From: an uncultured Lentimicrobiaceae bacterium
GTDB lineage: Bacteria > Bacteroidota > Bacteroidia > Bacteroidales > WCHB1-69
Length of the DNA stretch: 64,000 nt
Direction: 5' to 3'
Assembly: GCA_964598505.1 (NCBI GenBank)
Contig: CAZRCF010000001.1
Location: 150,543-214,542, forward strand
The notes beneath the pieces are model-generated. The model was not told the origin of the DNA. It did not search any database and was given only the letters and a program-made list of their open reading frames with translations. Below are positions 62,344 to 64,000 of this stretch, one piece after another (the stretch's first letter is position 1; the number at the start of each line of letters is the position of its first letter). Position numbers and translations under genes: made by a program.

Positions 62344-62376
62344 GACTGGAACACTATATAATTATAGTGCCCAGTC
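62344..62376 (-). terminator. intrinsic terminator downstream of beta-prime fragment
   Basis: Stem GACTGG-AA-CACTATA / TATAGTG-C-CCAGTC followed on the minus strand by ACTTTTATTC. Confidence 0.65.
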
Positions 62377-62384
62377 TAGTAATT

Positions 62385-63383
62385 TTATACTTGTCCTAAG
62401 AAAATTTTCTCATAAATTGTCAAATTCTCAAGATCGATATTATCAAGTTCCTCTAAATCCACTTTTTCAATAGTTTCTTTGTTTGGTTGATATAATAATC
62501 CAATTCGGCTAGATATAAAACTTGCCATCATTTTGTCACCAAGTTTATATGTCGGTGGCAGATCTTGCCGATATCTCCAGAATTCTTTTTTATCATAATC
62601 TGTTATAAACATGTTTGCAAATAATATTTCAACAAAGGAACTGTATAAATTTCCAACTGTTAATAAAGCAGTCATCAATTCTATATAGTAAGGTACAACT
62701 GAAGTTGTAACTGGTCCTTGTCTTAATATGGATTTAATATTGTTAACAACCGAGATTACATCCTGATTGTAGACTATATGATGATCTTCACCATATATAA
62801 GAGTTTTACCTTTGACTTCTTTTAATCCATATACTTGTTGTGTAGATGAAGAAACTATTAATTGAATTGGAAATTGATCTGTATCGAATTCTAATGTAGT
62901 TTCCTCTTGATTATTAATAATATCTGTTTTCACATTTATTAAATGTTCTTCAAAAAATTTAACAATTTCAGAATCAACTGGTAGAGTTGCCCGCCCAGAC
63001 TCGTGAAAAGTTCTCAATGTTAGCTGCGTTAGCCGCTCTGTTATTAATTGCCCAGCTACAATACCAGCATATTTCGTTGTTAATCTTTTTGCACCAAAAC
63101 ACTTGTTGCAAATTTTGAAATTATGATTCACACAAGTCATCGGGGAACGAACACAAATCTTTTTATTTATATAGCTCTTTGCCGTTATAGAATCTAATAT
63201 TTTCCAATCAGGAAATGTCTCTAATTCTTTAGGGTCACAATAATATTTTCCAATTAATGTTGAAGCATGATCCTTAGACATTACAATAAATTCTAAATGA
63301 TTGTTCGTTTCACAATCTTCGAGATCAAATTCAATCATTGACAGGGCCATTACAAGAGTACGTTCTAAATCAGAAATATTCAA
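62385..63383 (-). CDS. multisubunit RNA polymerase beta-prime homolog fragment (second half of bridge helix through trigger loop); probable downstream exon
   Basis: [25 protein letters not shown] aligns with [43 protein letters not shown] aligns with [45 protein letters not shown] is the trigger loop. The ORF opens with TTG right after an in-frame TAG and has no SD. Confidence 0.75.
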   Translation of the reverse strand: [332 protein letters not shown]

Positions 63384-64000
63384 CTAGAATCGCTATTTCT
63401 AGTTCTGTCTCAAAAGAGACAGCTGCATATTACTATGCAGCTTAGACTATATCTTCACTCTAAATTTTTAAATTGTTACATGTTTCCAGGTTTTTCCATT
63501 ATCAATACACCATATTGCAGTTACAGACGTATTAAACTGTTTCGCAATTGCATGTTGTGATATTCCATTCTTCAATAACTGTTTAATTTGTTTTACTTGT
63601 TGAATTGTAAATTTATCATGTATAATTTTTCTTTTAATATCTGATAACGATATATTTTGATTTAGTTGAGATGTTATGTGAGTCCACGCATTTCCGTTTA
63701 ATATATTTATAATAGGAATTCGAGAAATTTTATATATTTCAGTAATATGTTTTACAGATAATAATTCACCAGACCAAATTCTATTTAACATTTCTTTAAC
63801 TTGTTCATCTGTTAAGATTGAACCACCATGTCTTGATCCAATTGTATTTCTTCCTTTTTGTTTTGCGTCCTTATTATTGTCATCATATGTTCCTAAGAAC
63901 AAATGATCAGGATTACAACAAGATGGATTATCACATTTATGACACACTAATAATCCAGTTGGAATATATCCATTAAAGAACTCCCAAGAGAGTCTATGAA
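63384..64000 (-). mobile_element. candidate group I-type intron (3' part) carrying an HNH homing-endonuclease ORF, inserted in a beta-prime gene; continues beyond window
   Basis: An HNH ORF is followed by an 84-nt non-coding tail. The tail has three consecutive perfect hairpins (63384-63402, 63405-63422, 63422-63441) and ends ...CTAG directly at the start of the beta-prime reading frame. Confidence 0.45.
63468..64000 (-). CDS. HNH homing endonuclease (HNH_3-type with C-terminal helix-turn-helix-like repeats), 5' end outside window
   Basis: The reading frame is open to the window edge: ..HRLSWEFFNGYIPTGLLVCHKCDNPSCCNPDHLFLGT, the classic HNH_3 motif. The GTG in the ORF track is internal. Confidence 0.8.
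   Translation of the reverse strand, partial: HRLSWEFFNGYIPTGLLVCHKCDNPSCCNPDHLFLGTYDDNNKDAKQKGRNTIGSRHGGSILTDEQVKEMLNRIWSGELLSVKHITEIYKISRIPIINILNGNAWTHITSQLNQNISLSDIKRKIIHDKFTIQQVKQIKQLLKNGISQHAIAKQFNTSVTAIWCIDNGKTWKHVTI

Noticed and set aside
99-62361. All plus-strand ORFs in the six-frame track (e.g. 99..302, 2042..2263, 3744..4022, 5122..5457, 12783..13076, 15458..15796, 27661..27933, 42517..42954, 52732..52986, 61636..61887).
   Set aside because: - Each lies antisense inside a longer, motif-supported or SD-preceded minus-strand gene.
- They have low-complexity Phe/Ile/Leu/Ser-rich translations typical of shadow ORFs in AT-rich DNA.
- No SD sites were seen.
1-64000. CRISPR arrays, integrase/att sites, transposases, rRNA genes.
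   Set aside because: - No spaced direct-repeat arrays were seen.
- No tyrosine or serine recombinase or transposase motifs were seen.
- No rRNA-like sequence was seen anywhere in the window.

Overview
This window looks like a contiguous 64-kb piece of a very AT-rich, large (jumbo-type) tailed-phage genome. Every credible gene is on the minus strand, tightly packed, and usually preceded by a strong GGAG/AGGAGG Shine-Dalgarno (SD) site, which suggests a low-GC host with strong SD usage. All calls come from motif reading by eye; no BLAST, HMM or folding software was run.

Recognisable content:
- Two sets of multisubunit RNA polymerase beta and beta-prime homologs: one fused 1564-aa beta, one split beta, and three beta-prime pieces.
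- A complete 7-deazaguanine (preQ0) pathway with a DpdA-like DNA transglycosylase (folE2, queD, queE, queC, dpdA-like), scattered over about 53 kb.
- Nucleotide metabolism: ThyX, class II RNR NrdJ, dimeric dUTPase, a Gpt-like phosphoribosyltransferase.
- Replication and repair: NAD-dependent ligase, RecQ, an SF2 helicase, a FEN/RNase H, a canonical SSB and a second SSB-tail-bearing protein.
- A pyruvoyl-dependent arginine decarboxylase, a stand-alone response-regulator receiver domain, and a glycosyltransferase/methyltransferase island.
- An M15 endolysin with a spanin-like partner, an SLT transglycosylase, a PAAR protein, tRNA-Ser(UGA) and tRNA-Thr(UGU).

Most interesting observations:
- A beta-prime gene appears to be interrupted inside its bridge helix by an HNH-carrying intron-like element.
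- The invariant decamer ATATAGAAAT sits in 8 intergenic promoter-like sites.
- A dispersed 28-bp palindromic element (CGGCAAGATCT...AGATCTTGCCG) is reused as a terminator, and its half-sites also occur inside genes.
- There are three GC-rich ORF-free islands that look like structured RNAs; one is bracketed by twin promoter copies.
- The nrdJ gene contains a perfect 63-bp in-frame tandem duplication.
- queD is fused to a Pdg-like (TIGR02328-type) domain.
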